A stretch of DNA of 64,000 bases, taken from contig CAVTHO010000009.1 of the NCBI GenBank assembly GCA_963734545.1, forward strand, positions 128,001 to 192,000. Direction: 5' to 3'. Source of the DNA: an uncultured Spirochaetota bacterium (lineage in GTDB: Bacteria; Spirochaetota; Spirochaetia; SZUA-6; Fen-1364). A program made the translations under genes and the position numbers. Positions 52,085 through 64,000 of this stretch are shown one piece after another (position 1 is the stretch's first letter; each line of letters starts with the position of its first letter). The notes under the pieces were generated by a model. The model made no database searches, was not told the origin of the DNA, and was given only the letters and a program-made list of their open reading frames with translations.

Positions 52085-52624
52085 CTAGCTGGCGTCGGTC
52101 AATGTGAAGGTCACGGTGACCAGGTGGTTGTCGCCCACAGCGAGGTTCGCGACAGTATCCACTTGCAAGGTGTACGTCAGCTGCGCTCCATTGGCAGCCT
52201 GGCCGGTGACGCAGCTCGGAATCGCCGTGACGATGTTCAGCGCAGCCGCGCCAATCGTGACAGCTGCACCCGCAGTCCCGCAACCGCCGGTGACCGAGGT
52301 CGCCTGCACGTGCAGAGAGGTGCCGGCAGGCGCGGCATCAGCGCCACCCCACTGCACGGAAATGTTCCTGTTGGTTCCGGTGGCATTTACCGTGGTATAC
52401 CACAGATATTTGCTGTTGTCCGTTTGGCCGACAGGGGCCAGTCCTCCTGCTGCCGGAGCCTGCACGCTCAAAGTGACCGTGGCAACGTTGTTAAGGCTCA
52501 TCATGACGATTTCAGGCACATTCAGCTGAACCGAATGGGCTGCCGAGCTGGTTGCGGCAAACGCGCCGGCACCTACAAACAGACAAAGAGCGGCAATTAA
52601 TAGAGTTTTTCTAATGAAGTTCAT
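52085..52624 (-). CDS. Secreted pilin-like protein (major subunit candidate)
   Basis: RBS AAGGAGG; signal peptide ending AFA; 'HSVQLNVPEI', 'YLWYT', Cys pair GGCG..PSCVTG; C-terminal 'VTVTFTLTDAS'. Confidence 0.65.
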   Translation of the reverse strand: MNFIRKTLLIAALCLFVGAGAFAATSSAAHSVQLNVPEIVMMSLNNVATVTLSVQAPAAGGLAPVGQTDNSKYLWYTTVNATGTNRNISVQWGGADAAPAGTSLHVQATSVTGGCGTAGAAVTIGAAALNIVTAIPSCVTGQAANGAQLTYTLQVDTVANLAVGDNHLVTVTFTLTDAS

Positions 52625-52740
52625 TTTTCGTCCTCCTTGCTTCTCAGAACCGGAACGCGTGTTCGCTCACCCGGCCTCTACAAGGAGTATAGTCTCCGCT
52701 TTCGCGTAATTCCAGAAAAAGCCCTGCTATTTTCGCCTAT

Positions 52741-53046
52741 CTAGCTGTTCGTCGCCACCATGTCATAGTCGGTGAACACGACATCCCCGCCGACCAGCTC
52801 GGGAGAGTAGACCGATTCGAATCGTTTCACGGCCGCCGATTCACCGTGGGCCCTGTGCGCAGCCTCGTTGTCGAATATGAAGAAGTGCACGAAGCGTGTC
52901 GCATCTTCCTTTTGCTGCCACGCCACGTACAAGCGCGTGCCGGGTTCGTTGGCTTTCACGAAGCGGACAAACTCCTCGATTGACCTCTTCACCCTATCTA
53001 CTGCTCGGGCGTTCACCCGGTATTCGGCGATTTGATAGATTGCCAT
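52741..53046 (-). CDS. Antibiotic biosynthesis monooxygenase (ABM) family protein
   Basis: 101 aa; 'NEPGTRLY', 'FVHFFIFDNEAAHRAH'. Confidence 0.8.
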   Translation of the reverse strand: MAIYQIAEYRVNARAVDRVKRSIEEFVRFVKANEPGTRLYVAWQQKEDATRFVHFFIFDNEAAHRAHGESAAVKRFESVYSPELVGGDVVFTDYDMVATNS

Positions 53047-53067
53047 GAGGCCCTCCTATGGGCCTCA

Positions 53068-53097
53068 AATATATGCAAGAGAATGCTTGCATGTCAA
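53068..53097 (-). promoter_or_regulatory. Promoter with palindromic operator upstream of the ABM gene
   Basis: TTGACA-N18-TATATT; ATGCAAG-N6-CTTGCAT palindrome (53073-53092). Confidence 0.6.
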
Positions 53098-53165
53098 ATT
53101 CGGCGAAAGCCGCGTGACGACGAACGGTGGACCTCCCCCCGGATCAGCCTGCGCGCTCCACTCCG

Positions 53166-54523
53166 CTACAGAGCGGCACCGTTTGAGGCGATCACCCTCT
53201 GATACCAGTTTGCGCTCTTTTTCCACGTGCGCGCCTGCGTATGAAAGTCGACGTGGGTAATCCCGAACCGTTTGCTGAACCCGTACGCCCATTCGAAGTT
53301 GTCCATCAGCGTCCAGAGAAAGTAGCCTTCCAGCCTCACCCCGTCATTGATGGCCCGGTGGGCCTCGGAAAGGTGGGTGGATATGTAGTCGATCCTGTCG
53401 TCGTCCTGCACCTGCCCATCCACGACCAGATGGTCAGGAAAGGCAGCTCCGTTCTCCGTGATGACAATGACCGGGTCGTCATACTCCTTCTTCACCTGCA
53501 TGAGGATATCGTACAGCCCTTCCGGAAACACCTCCCAGCCCATCTCCGTCCGCTCGCACTCTTTTCGGAGCGCATGTTGGTACCCGAGGAAGCCTCCCGC
53601 GTCGCTCGCGTACACCCTTTCGGGGAAGTAGTAGTTCAGGCCGATGAAATCAACGGGGTTCGTTTTCAACAGCTCGAAGTCCTGCCGCTCCGTGTGAGGA
53701 GCCACTTTGTTCCTGGTATACAGGCTCAAGATGTCGTCTGGATACGAGCCCTTCAGGACAGGGTCCAGAAACCAGCGATTGGTCTTGCCGTCCGCGAGCC
53801 GGGCCGCCTCGATGTCCGACACACCGTCGGTGAATGGATAGACCGGGTGAACGTCCAGGGCGATGCCGATCCGGTGCTTGCCGGGACTCAGCTGCCGATA
53901 GGCCTGTACGCCGAGGGAATGCGCGTGCAGGAGGATGTGCGACGCCTGCACCGCCGCGCCGAAGTCCTTCAGCCCCGGCGCATGGATTCCCATCTGCATG
54001 ACCGGCGAACGAGGACACCTGGGGCTCGTTGAGCGTCATCCAGATTTTCACCCGGTCACCGAGCCGCATGAAGACCGATGCGGCATAGTCGGCAAACCAG
54101 CTTGCCGTGTCCCGATTGGTCCAGCCTCCCCTGTCCTGAAGTGACTGCGGCAAGTCCCAGTGATACAGGGTGGCGGCAGGTTCGATACGCGCCTCCAGCA
54201 GCGCGTCCACGAGGGTCTCGTAGAAATCCAATCCTCTTGGATTGTGCCTTCCGTTTCCCATCGGAAACACGCGCGGCCAGGAAATGGAGAACCGGTAGGA
54301 CGCCGAGCCCGAGGTCCCGCATGTTCTCGATGTCGTCCCGCCACCTGTGGTAGTGATCGCAGGCAAGGACCCCGGTCTCCCCGGTCTCGATGGCGCCGGG
54401 CACCTGGCAGAAGCGGTCCCAGATCGACTCGCCCTTTCCATTCTCCCGTGCGGCGCCCTCGATCTGGTAGGCGGCAGTGGCTGCTCCCCAGAGAAACCCC
54501 GTCGGAAAACCGCTTGAAGGCAT
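53166..54523 (-). CDS. GH1 beta-glucosidase (frameshifted)
   Basis: '[14 protein letters not shown]', 'CDHYHRW', 'YRFSISWPR', 'TLNEP', 'ITENG', 'DNFEWAYG'. Confidence 0.92.
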
Positions 54524-54662
54524 GGATTCATTATAGAAACGGCAGTCCGAGGTGTCAAACAACACTCCGGATTGCGGTGGACCATGCATATCATTAAACC
54601 GGTTTGACCGGGAGAGCATCCTTCCGTATCTTAGATTCAAAAGATATTCTTCCGGAGCAAAC

Positions 54663-57228
<2,566 letters not shown>

Positions 57229-57242
<14 letters not shown>

Positions 57243-57549
57243 GCGGCCGGTCCAGCCTCCGGACCGCCGCTGCTGCCTCGAGGGGAACCTGGAAGACCTT
57301 GTGCGGCGATGCTCCGCCGAGCTTCAACACCACGCTGCCCGGCGGAACGCCGAGGGCTTTTGCCAGGACCCTCGCGACCTCTCCATTCGCCCTGCCCTTT
57401 TCGGCAACCGCCCGGACCGAGACGTGGAGCTCCGCGCCGCGGACGCCGAGAACAGAGTCCTGCCGCGCCCCCGGCTTCGCCTTGACCTTCAGGGTCACGA
57501 AATCGGCGTGAATTGAATAGAAGCCTCCCGGATCAGCCAACGCGGTCAC
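57229..57549 (-). CDS. DUF167 (YggU) family protein
   Basis: 'LKVKAKPGA', '[10 protein letters not shown]', 'GGASPHK'. Confidence 0.8.
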
Positions 57550-59783
57550 TTCACCTCGAACACAACCCTGTCAGAGCCCCGCGCGCTCGTCAAGGAGATC
57601 GAATGAGCTCCGCGTACGAGGGGCACGCTGACCGTGGCAAGCGCTGCCCCGCGCGCCAATACGACTCCGTCGAATGCCAGCCATGCCTCTTCTCCGCTTC
57701 GGACCGCCAGAACGGCGGGAATCCTCTCCGTGCCCGACCTCAGTGTCTGGTCGAGATAGAATACCTGACCGTTCACGGGAAAAAGAATGCGCACGGATTC
57801 ATCCGGATCCAGGAAGCTTTCCTGAAGGAGGGCTGCGGGCGCTTTCGGGTTGGCGTGATACGCGCAGGAGTCCGGCACCTCGGCCGCGTTTCTGAAGTAC
57901 TCGCTCCGCGTGGATGGACACCATTGCGTCTCCCTCTTGCCGGTGAGGGTGCAAATCCGCGTCTCCACGACGTGTGCCGGCGCGGCGAAGTCCCTCGAGA
58001 CCAGGGCGCGGGAATCGCGCGCGGTCAGCCAGGCAAGCACATCGGTCACGATCTGCGTGGGGACGACGCTGCCCGTCTTGTTGATCACCGTTCTGCCGTC
58101 GAAGTTCCCTGCCCAGACGCCCACCGTGTACAGGGGGGTCGCGGCCACGCACCAGAGGTTGGTGAACTCGCTCGAGGTGCCGGACTTGAACATGGCGGGG
58201 AAGTCAGTGCGGAAATACGTGTGCGTGCCGAAGCCGGTCGCCCGGGCAGAGGGATCGGAGAGGATGTTGCAGATGATCCATGCGGAAAACGGATCGAAGA
58301 TCCTGCGGCCCGCTCCGCTTCCGCCGCGCGCCAGAACGAGGTCGGGCAGGGTGCCGCCGCGCGGAAAGACGGTGAATGCGCGGGTGAGCTCCAGCAGGGA
58401 GATCTCCGCGTTGCCGATCGCGGTTCCCAGGCCATACCGGGCCGCTGCATCGGGGGGCAGGGCGAATCCCAGGTCTGCCAGCGTGCCCAGGAAGCTTTCC
58501 AGCCCGACGTGAAAGAGCGTGTAGACCGCGGGCACGTTCAGGGAGCTGGCCAGCGCGGTGCGCAGCCGCACCACCCCGTGGCTCCTGTTGTCGAAATTCG
58601 ACGGCTTGTAGCTCACCTCGTCAGACGCTCCGAACACCATCGGCACATCCGGCAGCAGAGTGGCCGCGGTCCACCCTTTCTGGATGGCGCTTGCATACAG
58701 AAAAGGCTTGATCGTGGACGCGCTCTGTCTTCGGATGAGCACGCCATCCACCTGCCCCGCGTGCGCCGTGTCCCGGAAATCCCCTGATCCCAGCCAGCCG
58801 AGCACGGCACCTGTCGCATTCTCGATGACCACCACTGCCGCGTTGGAGACGCGCGCGGCGGCGTAGCGCTGCAGGGAGAACCGCACCCGGCCCTGTATGA
58901 AATCGTTCAAGCCCAGGTCCAGCGTCGTCCGCACCTCGCCGCCGCTTGTGTCGATATTCCCGCCCGCCACCCGACCGGCGATGTACCGCGCGAAGTGCGG
59001 GGCGGCCGCGCCGGGACGCCCTGATTTCGCTCCGCGCACGGCCCGCTCGATCTCCCCTGCATCGATCCCCAGCCCCTTTTTCACCGCCACATCGCGCGCG
59101 GCGGCGATCAGGGCATCAGGATGCTCGAACGGATCATAGAGAGTGGGATTGCGAGGGATGATGGCCAGGATCAGGAGCTCCGCCGTCGACAGGGTGGACA
59201 GCTCTGCCCCGAAATACGTCCAGGCGGCGGCGCCGATCCCGCGCGTATTCCGGCCGAACGGCAGGGCGTTCAAGTACAGGGCAAGGATCCTGTCCTTGGT
59301 GAGCCGCGACTCGATGCGCAGTGCGTCCCCGGCTTCGACGAGCTTCGCGAGAACGCTTCGCGGGTGGGGGGATATGATGCGCGCAAGCTGCATCGTGATC
59401 GTCGATGCTCCCGATCGTGCGCCATGGCCCCGCACCCGGTCTGCAAGGGCCCGTACAATGGCGGCCAGGTCCACGCCCGGGTGGAATCGAAACCTTCCGT
59501 CCTCGAGCCTTACGAAGATGTCCTCTGCCGCCTTGGGAATCCTGGCCGGGTCCACCCGCTCCTCGAAGGAGCCCCCCCTTCCCGGCATCAGCGCGATGAG
59601 GAAGCCGTGCCGGTCCGTGATTCGCGCCCCCGAGGCGTCCGAGAGAAAGGCGTCGAACGCAGGCCATGGCAGCCAGAGGAGGGCCGCTGTCAGGAGCGCG
59701 GGAGCGCCGATCAGCAGCACGGAGCGCGCAAGGAGCCTCCGGCCGGGATTCAGCCGCGTCGGGAGGTCCGGGAGCCCAGCCAT
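57546..59783 (-). CDS. pbpC: Penicillin-binding protein 1C
   Basis: Transglycosylase 'EDGRFRFHPGVD', 'GASTITMQLAR'; transpeptidase 'ASTIKPF', 'SLN', 'KSGT'; PBP1C-type C-terminal domain. Confidence 0.88.
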   Translation of the reverse strand: MAGLPDLPTRLNPGRRLLARSVLLIGAPALLTAALLWLPWPAFDAFLSDASGARITDRHGFLIALMPGRGGSFEERVDPARIPKAAEDIFVRLEDGRFRFHPGVDLAAIVRALADRVRGHGARSGASTITMQLARIISPHPRSVLAKLVEAGDALRIESRLTKDRILALYLNALPFGRNTRGIGAAAWTYFGAELSTLSTAELLILAIIPRNPTLYDPFEHPDALIAAARDVAVKKGLGIDAGEIERAVRGAKSGRPGAAAPHFARYIAGRVAGGNIDTSGGEVRTTLDLGLNDFIQGRVRFSLQRYAAARVSNAAVVVIENATGAVLGWLGSGDFRDTAHAGQVDGVLIRRQSASTIKPFLYASAIQKGWTAATLLPDVPMVFGASDEVSYKPSNFDNRSHGVVRLRTALASSLNVPAVYTLFHVGLESFLGTLADLGFALPPDAAARYGLGTAIGNAEISLLELTRAFTVFPRGGTLPDLVLARGGSGAGRRIFDPFSAWIICNILSDPSARATGFGTHTYFRTDFPAMFKSGTSSEFTNLWCVAATPLYTVGVWAGNFDGRTVINKTGSVVPTQIVTDVLAWLTARDSRALVSRDFAAPAHVVETRICTLTGKRETQWCPSTRSEYFRNAAEVPDSCAYHANPKAPAALLQESFLDPDESVRILFPVNGQVFYLDQTLRSGTERIPAVLAVRSGEEAWLAFDGVVLARGAALATVSVPLVRGAHSISLTSARGSDRVVFEVK

Positions 59784-60721
59784 GCGAAGAACCTCTCGCC
59801 GTAGAACATGAACGCAAGACCGGCAAGGGCCAGGGGCACGCCGAAATGGAGCAGCGGCGTGGCGGATTCACCGGCAAAGCCCAGCCCGATCAACAGGGCG
59901 ATCAGCGGATTCACGAGGGCGTAGCTGACGAGCCTTTCCGCCGGCTCGACGCTCACCAGGTAGGTGTACGCGCTGAACGCGACGGACCCGACGACGCCGA
60001 GGTACAGCACCCCGACGAGCGACGCGGCCGACATGGAAGAAACCAGGACCGCGGGTGACGGGCCGACGGCCAGGCTGATCACGAGGCAGACGATACCGAC
60101 GAACAGCATCTGGATGCCGCTGTTCACCGTGTTGTCGCCGCTCACGGGGAACCGATGCCCGAGGCTGGTGGCCAGACCCCACGACAGCATCCCCACCAGG
60201 CCGATCACCACGGAAGGGTTGAGGCTCGATCTGAGCGAATGCCCGTTGTACAGCAGCACCGCCACTCCGCCGAATCCGATCACGACTCCCAGCACGCGTG
60301 CCAGCGTAAGACGCTTGCGCAGCAGCAGACGGTCAAAAACGGCGACCACGATCGGAGCGGAAGAGGCAAGAAGCGCGGCGATGTAGCTGTCGATATTGCG
60401 TTCCGCGATCGTGATTCCTCCATTGCCCACCATGAGGAGCAGGACGCCGAGGATCACGGAGGAGACGACATTGCGCGGCGAGGGCAGGCGCCTCAGGCCG
60501 CCACGGGCAGCCGACGCTCCCAGGAGAAGCGCGCCTCCGATGGTCCATCGGATCGCAAGAACCCAGGCGGGGGAAATCGTGGCAACCGATTGACGGATGA
60601 AAAAGTAGGTCGAGCCCCAGACCACATAGATGGTGGCATAGCAGGCCACAATGACGGCGGGTTGGCGCCGCGGCACCCTGCCCGGTACTCCGTGCGGTTC
60701 GCTGAGGGGAGATCGTTTCAT
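59750..60721 (-). CDS. EamA/DMT family transporter
   Basis: 'IYVVWGSTYFFI', 'SYALVNPLIA'; about 10 TMs. Confidence 0.88.
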   Translation of the reverse strand: MKRSPLSEPHGVPGRVPRRQPAVIVACYATIYVVWGSTYFFIRQSVATISPAWVLAIRWTIGGALLLGASAARGGLRRLPSPRNVVSSVILGVLLLMVGNGGITIAERNIDSYIAALLASSAPIVVAVFDRLLLRKRLTLARVLGVVIGFGGVAVLLYNGHSLRSSLNPSVVIGLVGMLSWGLATSLGHRFPVSGDNTVNSGIQMLFVGIVCLVISLAVGPSPAVLVSSMSAASLVGVLYLGVVGSVAFSAYTYLVSVEPAERLVSYALVNPLIALLIGLGFAGESATPLLHFGVPLALAGLAFMFYGERFFAWLGSRTSRRG

Positions 60722-60865
60722 TCGGGCGTGTCCGTGAATCTTGTACCATTTTTGCGCGGAACAGGCCAAGGCGCCCCGTAGACAGGGATGGCGAGGGGCG
60801 CCGAGTCCAGGGAAGGACGGCAGGCGCCCTTGCCCAAGGAGGCCGCGAGAATCTACCATCCGCGC

Positions 60866-61909
60866 ATGCAAAAGAACGCACCCCGTTTCGTTGTGGTGGG
60901 GCCAGGGGCCATCGGCGGCGCGACCGCGGCACTGCTTGCACGGGCCGGCAACGATGTCACCCTGGTGTGCAAGGACGGAGAGCTTGCCGCCCGAGTGTCC
61001 AGGCAGGGCCTGCGGATTCGGGGCGCCAGGGGCGACGCGAGCGTGCGCCTGCCGGCGGTCGCCGCAATCGAGGCTTTGGCGGGTGAGTTCGACTACGGGC
61101 TCATCGCGGTCAAGGCGCCTGACCTGCCCGACGCGGCCCGGCGCCTCCTTCCTTTCCTGCGCCCCGACTCGCTCGTCGTGTCCATGCAGAACGGCATCTG
61201 CGTGGATGCGCTGGCTGCCGTGGTGGGCGCGGCGCGGACGGTCGGGTGCGTGGTGGGATGGGGCTCCACAATGCTCGCCCCGGGCGATATCGATGTCACC
61301 TCCACCGGCGAGCTTCTCATCGGCATGGCTGCCGGGGACGGCGGCGGGCGCCTGGAGACGCTGAAGAAGGCGCTGGACTCGGTTGCCGACACCCTGATCG
61401 TGAAGGACGTCCTCAGTCACCTGTACTCGAAGCTCATCATCAACTCCTGCATCACATCCGTCGGCGCGCTCTGCGGGCTTCCCATGGGCAGGATGCTGGG
61501 CCGGCGCGATGCGCGGTCTCTCTTTGTCGCGATCATGCGCGAGGCCATTGCAGTGGCCGACGCGATCGGGCTCACGGTGCCCGAATACGGAGGCAGGCTG
61601 GACTACTACACGTTCCTCCGCGGGTCAGGGCCGCTTGCCGCGCTGCGGCGCTCGATCCTTCTCCGCCTGATCGGATTCAAGTACCGGCGCCTCCGGTCCT
61701 CCAGCCTGCAGTCCCTCGAGCGGGGCCGGAAAACCGAAATCGACTATTTCAACGGCTACATCGTGCGGCGGGGAAAGGAGAAAGGCGTGCCGACCCCGGT
61801 CAATGCCATGATCGTCGCGCGCGTGAAAGAGATCGAGGCAGGCACGCGCGCGATCTCCACGAAAAACCTCGCCGGTGTTGACATCCCCCCCGTCATCCCC
61901 GTACCTTAG
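60866..61909 (+). CDS. Ketopantoate reductase family protein
   Basis: 'VGPGAIGG', 'AVKA', 'SMQNG', 'SKLIINS', 'SSLQSLERGRKTEIDYFNG'. Confidence 0.88.
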   Translation: MQKNAPRFVVVGPGAIGGATAALLARAGNDVTLVCKDGELAARVSRQGLRIRGARGDASVRLPAVAAIEALAGEFDYGLIAVKAPDLPDAARRLLPFLRPDSLVVSMQNGICVDALAAVVGAARTVGCVVGWGSTMLAPGDIDVTSTGELLIGMAAGDGGGRLETLKKALDSVADTLIVKDVLSHLYSKLIINSCITSVGALCGLPMGRMLGRRDARSLFVAIMREAIAVADAIGLTVPEYGGRLDYYTFLRGSGPLAALRRSILLRLIGFKYRRLRSSSLQSLERGRKTEIDYFNGYIVRRGKEKGVPTPVNAMIVARVKEIEAGTRAISTKNLAGVDIPPVIPVP

Positions 61910-61914
61910 CGGGC

Positions 61915-63707
61915 ATGACCGGCAACGAGCTGAGGCGCATTTACATCGATTTTTTCAAGGAAAAGGGCCACGCGGAGATCTCCGGAAAGTCCCTCATCCC
62001 GGAGAACGACCCCACTGTTCTCTTCACCACGGCGGGGATGCACCCCCTGGTGCCCTATATCCTGGGAGAGCCGCATCCCGCGGGAAAGAGGCTGGTGGAC
62101 TGCCAGAAGTGCATGCGCACGGACGACATCGACGAGGTGGGCGACTCCGCGCACCTCACCTTCTTCGAAATGCTGGGCAACTGGTCCCTGGGGGACTACT
62201 TCAAGAAGGACGCCATCGCGTTCAGCTACGAGTTCCTCACGTCGCCCCGGTGGCTGGGCTTCTCCGCGGATTCGCTTTCCGTGACCGTCTTCGCGGGAGA
62301 CGGCGAGGTGCCGCCGGATCACGAGGCGGCGGAGAACTGGAAATCCATCGGCATTCCGGAGGAACGCATCCATTTCCTGCCGCCGCAAGGACAACTGGTG
62401 GGGACCGGCGGGTCAGACCGGACCGTGCGGCCCGGACACGGAGATGTTCATCGACACGCGGCAGTCCCCGCCTGCGGCCCCGACTGCAAGCCGGGGTGCC
62501 ATTGCGGAAAGTACATCGAGGTCTGGAACGACGTGTTCATGCAGTACAACAAGACCGCGGACGGAAAGTACCTGCCCCTCGCGCAGAAGACCGTGGACAC
62601 GGGCATGGGGGTCGAGCGCACCCTCGCCATGATCCAGGGAAAGAAGACCGTCTTCGAGACCGAGCTGTTCTGGCCGATCATCGAGCATCTTCAAGAAATC
62701 ACGGGCAGGACGTACGGCGCCGAGCCGGCGGTCGACACGTCCTTCCGCATCATCGCGGATCACCTGCGCTCCTCCGTGTTCATCATCGGGGACGACCGGG
62801 GCGTGAAACCCTCCAATCTCGGCCAGGGCTACATCCTGCGCCGGCTCATCCGCCGCACCATCCGTCACGGCCGCAAGCTCGGCCTGGAGGGCAGCTTCCT
62901 CGGGGCGCTGGCCGCTCGATGTCATTGCCATCTATGAGGAGTTCTATCCCGAGCTGCGCGAGCGCGCGGAGATGATCACGACGGAGCTGGGGCTGGAGGA
63001 AGAGCGGTTCTCCGAGACTCTGCAGAAGGGCGAGCAAGAGTTCGAAAAGCTGCTGCCCAATCTCATGAAGAACCCGCAGAAGATCATCCCGGGCCGCGTG
63101 GCGTTCCGCCTCTACGACACCTATGGGTTTCCCATCGAGATCACGGAGGAGCTGGCGCGCGAGCACGGCATGGCCGTGGACAGGAAGGGATTCGACGAGG
63201 CCTTCGAGAAGCACCAGGAGCTGTCCAAGGCGGGCGCGGAGAAGATCTTCAAGGGCGGCCTGGCCGACCATTCGGAGATGACTACCCGGCTGCACACCGC
63301 CACCCATCTCCTCCACCAGGCGCTTCGCATGGTGCTGGGCACGCACGTGGCGCAGAAGGGCTCCAACATCACCGTCGAGCGGCTTCGATTCGACTTCTCC
63401 CACCCCCAGCCCATGACGGAGGAGGAAGTCCGCAAGGTCGAGGCGATCGTGAACGAGCAGATTGCCCGCAAGCTGCCCGTGACCATGGAGGTCATGACCA
63501 TCGAGGAGGCGCGCGCCGCCTCGCGCCATCGCGCTGTTCGGGGAGAAGTACGCGGAAAAAGTGAAGGTCTACACGATCGGGGACTTCTCCAAGGAAGTCT
63601 GCGGAGGACCGCACGTGGAAAACACGGGCGTTCTGGGCAGGTTCGTCATCCAGAAAGAGCAGTCATCCTCGTCCGGCGTCAGGAGAATCCGCGCGGTGCT
63701 GGAATAG
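61915..63707 (+). CDS. alaS: Alanine-tRNA ligase, short form without C-Ala domain (frameshifted)
   Basis: '[10 protein letters not shown]', '[12 protein letters not shown]', 'DTGMGVER', 'LYDTYGFP', 'HTATHLL', 'EVCGGPHV', ends '[10 protein letters not shown]'. Confidence 0.95.
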
Positions 63708-63710
63708 CCT

Positions 63711-63728
63711 TCCGCGGTACTCCGCGGA
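63711..63728. terminator. Hairpin between convergent alaS and TPR gene
   Basis: TCCGCGG-tact-CCGCGGA just after the alaS stop; no U-tract. Confidence 0.35.
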
Positions 63729-63744
63729 GTTGGGCCGAAGGCCG

Positions 63745-63804
63745 CGCCTACAGGGCTCGCTAAAGTGCATCCCTGCACTCGCTCGCCCTCGCCATCCCTG
63801 GCTA
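63745..63804. repeat. 60-bp double-hairpin dispersed repeat, copy 2 (abuts TAG stop of TPR-like gene)
   Basis: cgcctac..gtgcatccctgcac tcgctcgccctc gccatccctggc ta; homologous to 8134-8193. Confidence 0.65.
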
Positions 63805-64000
63805 CGCCGGCTTCTGCAGCTTCTCCAGCAGCTCGCCGATCCCGAGGTTCTTGATCCCCATGCGCTGCGCGCGCACGAGCACCTCCAGCGCCTTTTCCTT
63901 CTTGTCCAGGGCGAGCCAGCTCTGCGCGATCTCGATGTAGAGCCGCGGATTCTTCGCGTCGTTGACCAGCAGCCCGGAGAGGCTCTCGATGGCCTCCAGG
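63802..64000 (-). CDS. C-terminal part of a TPR-like protein (5' end outside window)
   Basis: Manual translation LEAIESLSGLLVNDAKNPRLYIEIAQSWLALDKKEKALEVLVRAQRMG...KPA*. Confidence 0.55.
   Translation of the reverse strand, partial: LEAIESLSGLLVNDAKNPRLYIEIAQSWLALDKKEKALEVLVRAQRMGIKNLGIGELLEKLQKPA

Noticed and set aside
54540-54662. CIRCE/HrcA heat-shock operator upstream of clpB
   Set aside because: No TTAGCACTC-N9-GAGTGCTAA match; only a short AAACCGGTTT palindrome.

Overview
GC-rich (roughly 65%, by eye) chromosomal segment of an anaerobic, probably diderm bacterium. A Spirochaetia-like organism is my inference, from a short AlaRS without the C-Ala domain, a LolA-like/FtsX ABC operon and NifJ-type PFOR; it is not proven. 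About 55 genes are recognisable. Several conserved genes (fucosidase, nifJ, vapC, tdh, kbl, bshC, GH1, clpB, alaS) are split by 1-bp indels that look like long-read/consensus errors. I saw no rRNA, tRNA, CRISPR array, transposase or prophage. Most interesting: (1) an atypical NHEJ locus (28.3-33.3 kb). Its PE-Lig-Pol LigD has lost the catalytic KxDG lysine and the OB domain, and it converges on a translationally coupled operon of Ku, a stand-alone ATP-dependent ligase and an uncharacterised BRCT/MerR-like HTH/TPR protein. (2) A four-gene non-canonical chaperone-usher-like pilus system (47.7-52.6 kb). (3) An orphan biosynthetic cluster around a non-QueD COG0720 paralog (16.5-25 kb). (4) A 60-bp double-hairpin repeat abutting TAG stop codons. 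(5) Recurrent leaderless TAnnnT-N6/7-ATG starts. (6) A bacterial ERG2/sigma-1-like protein and bacillithiol genes.
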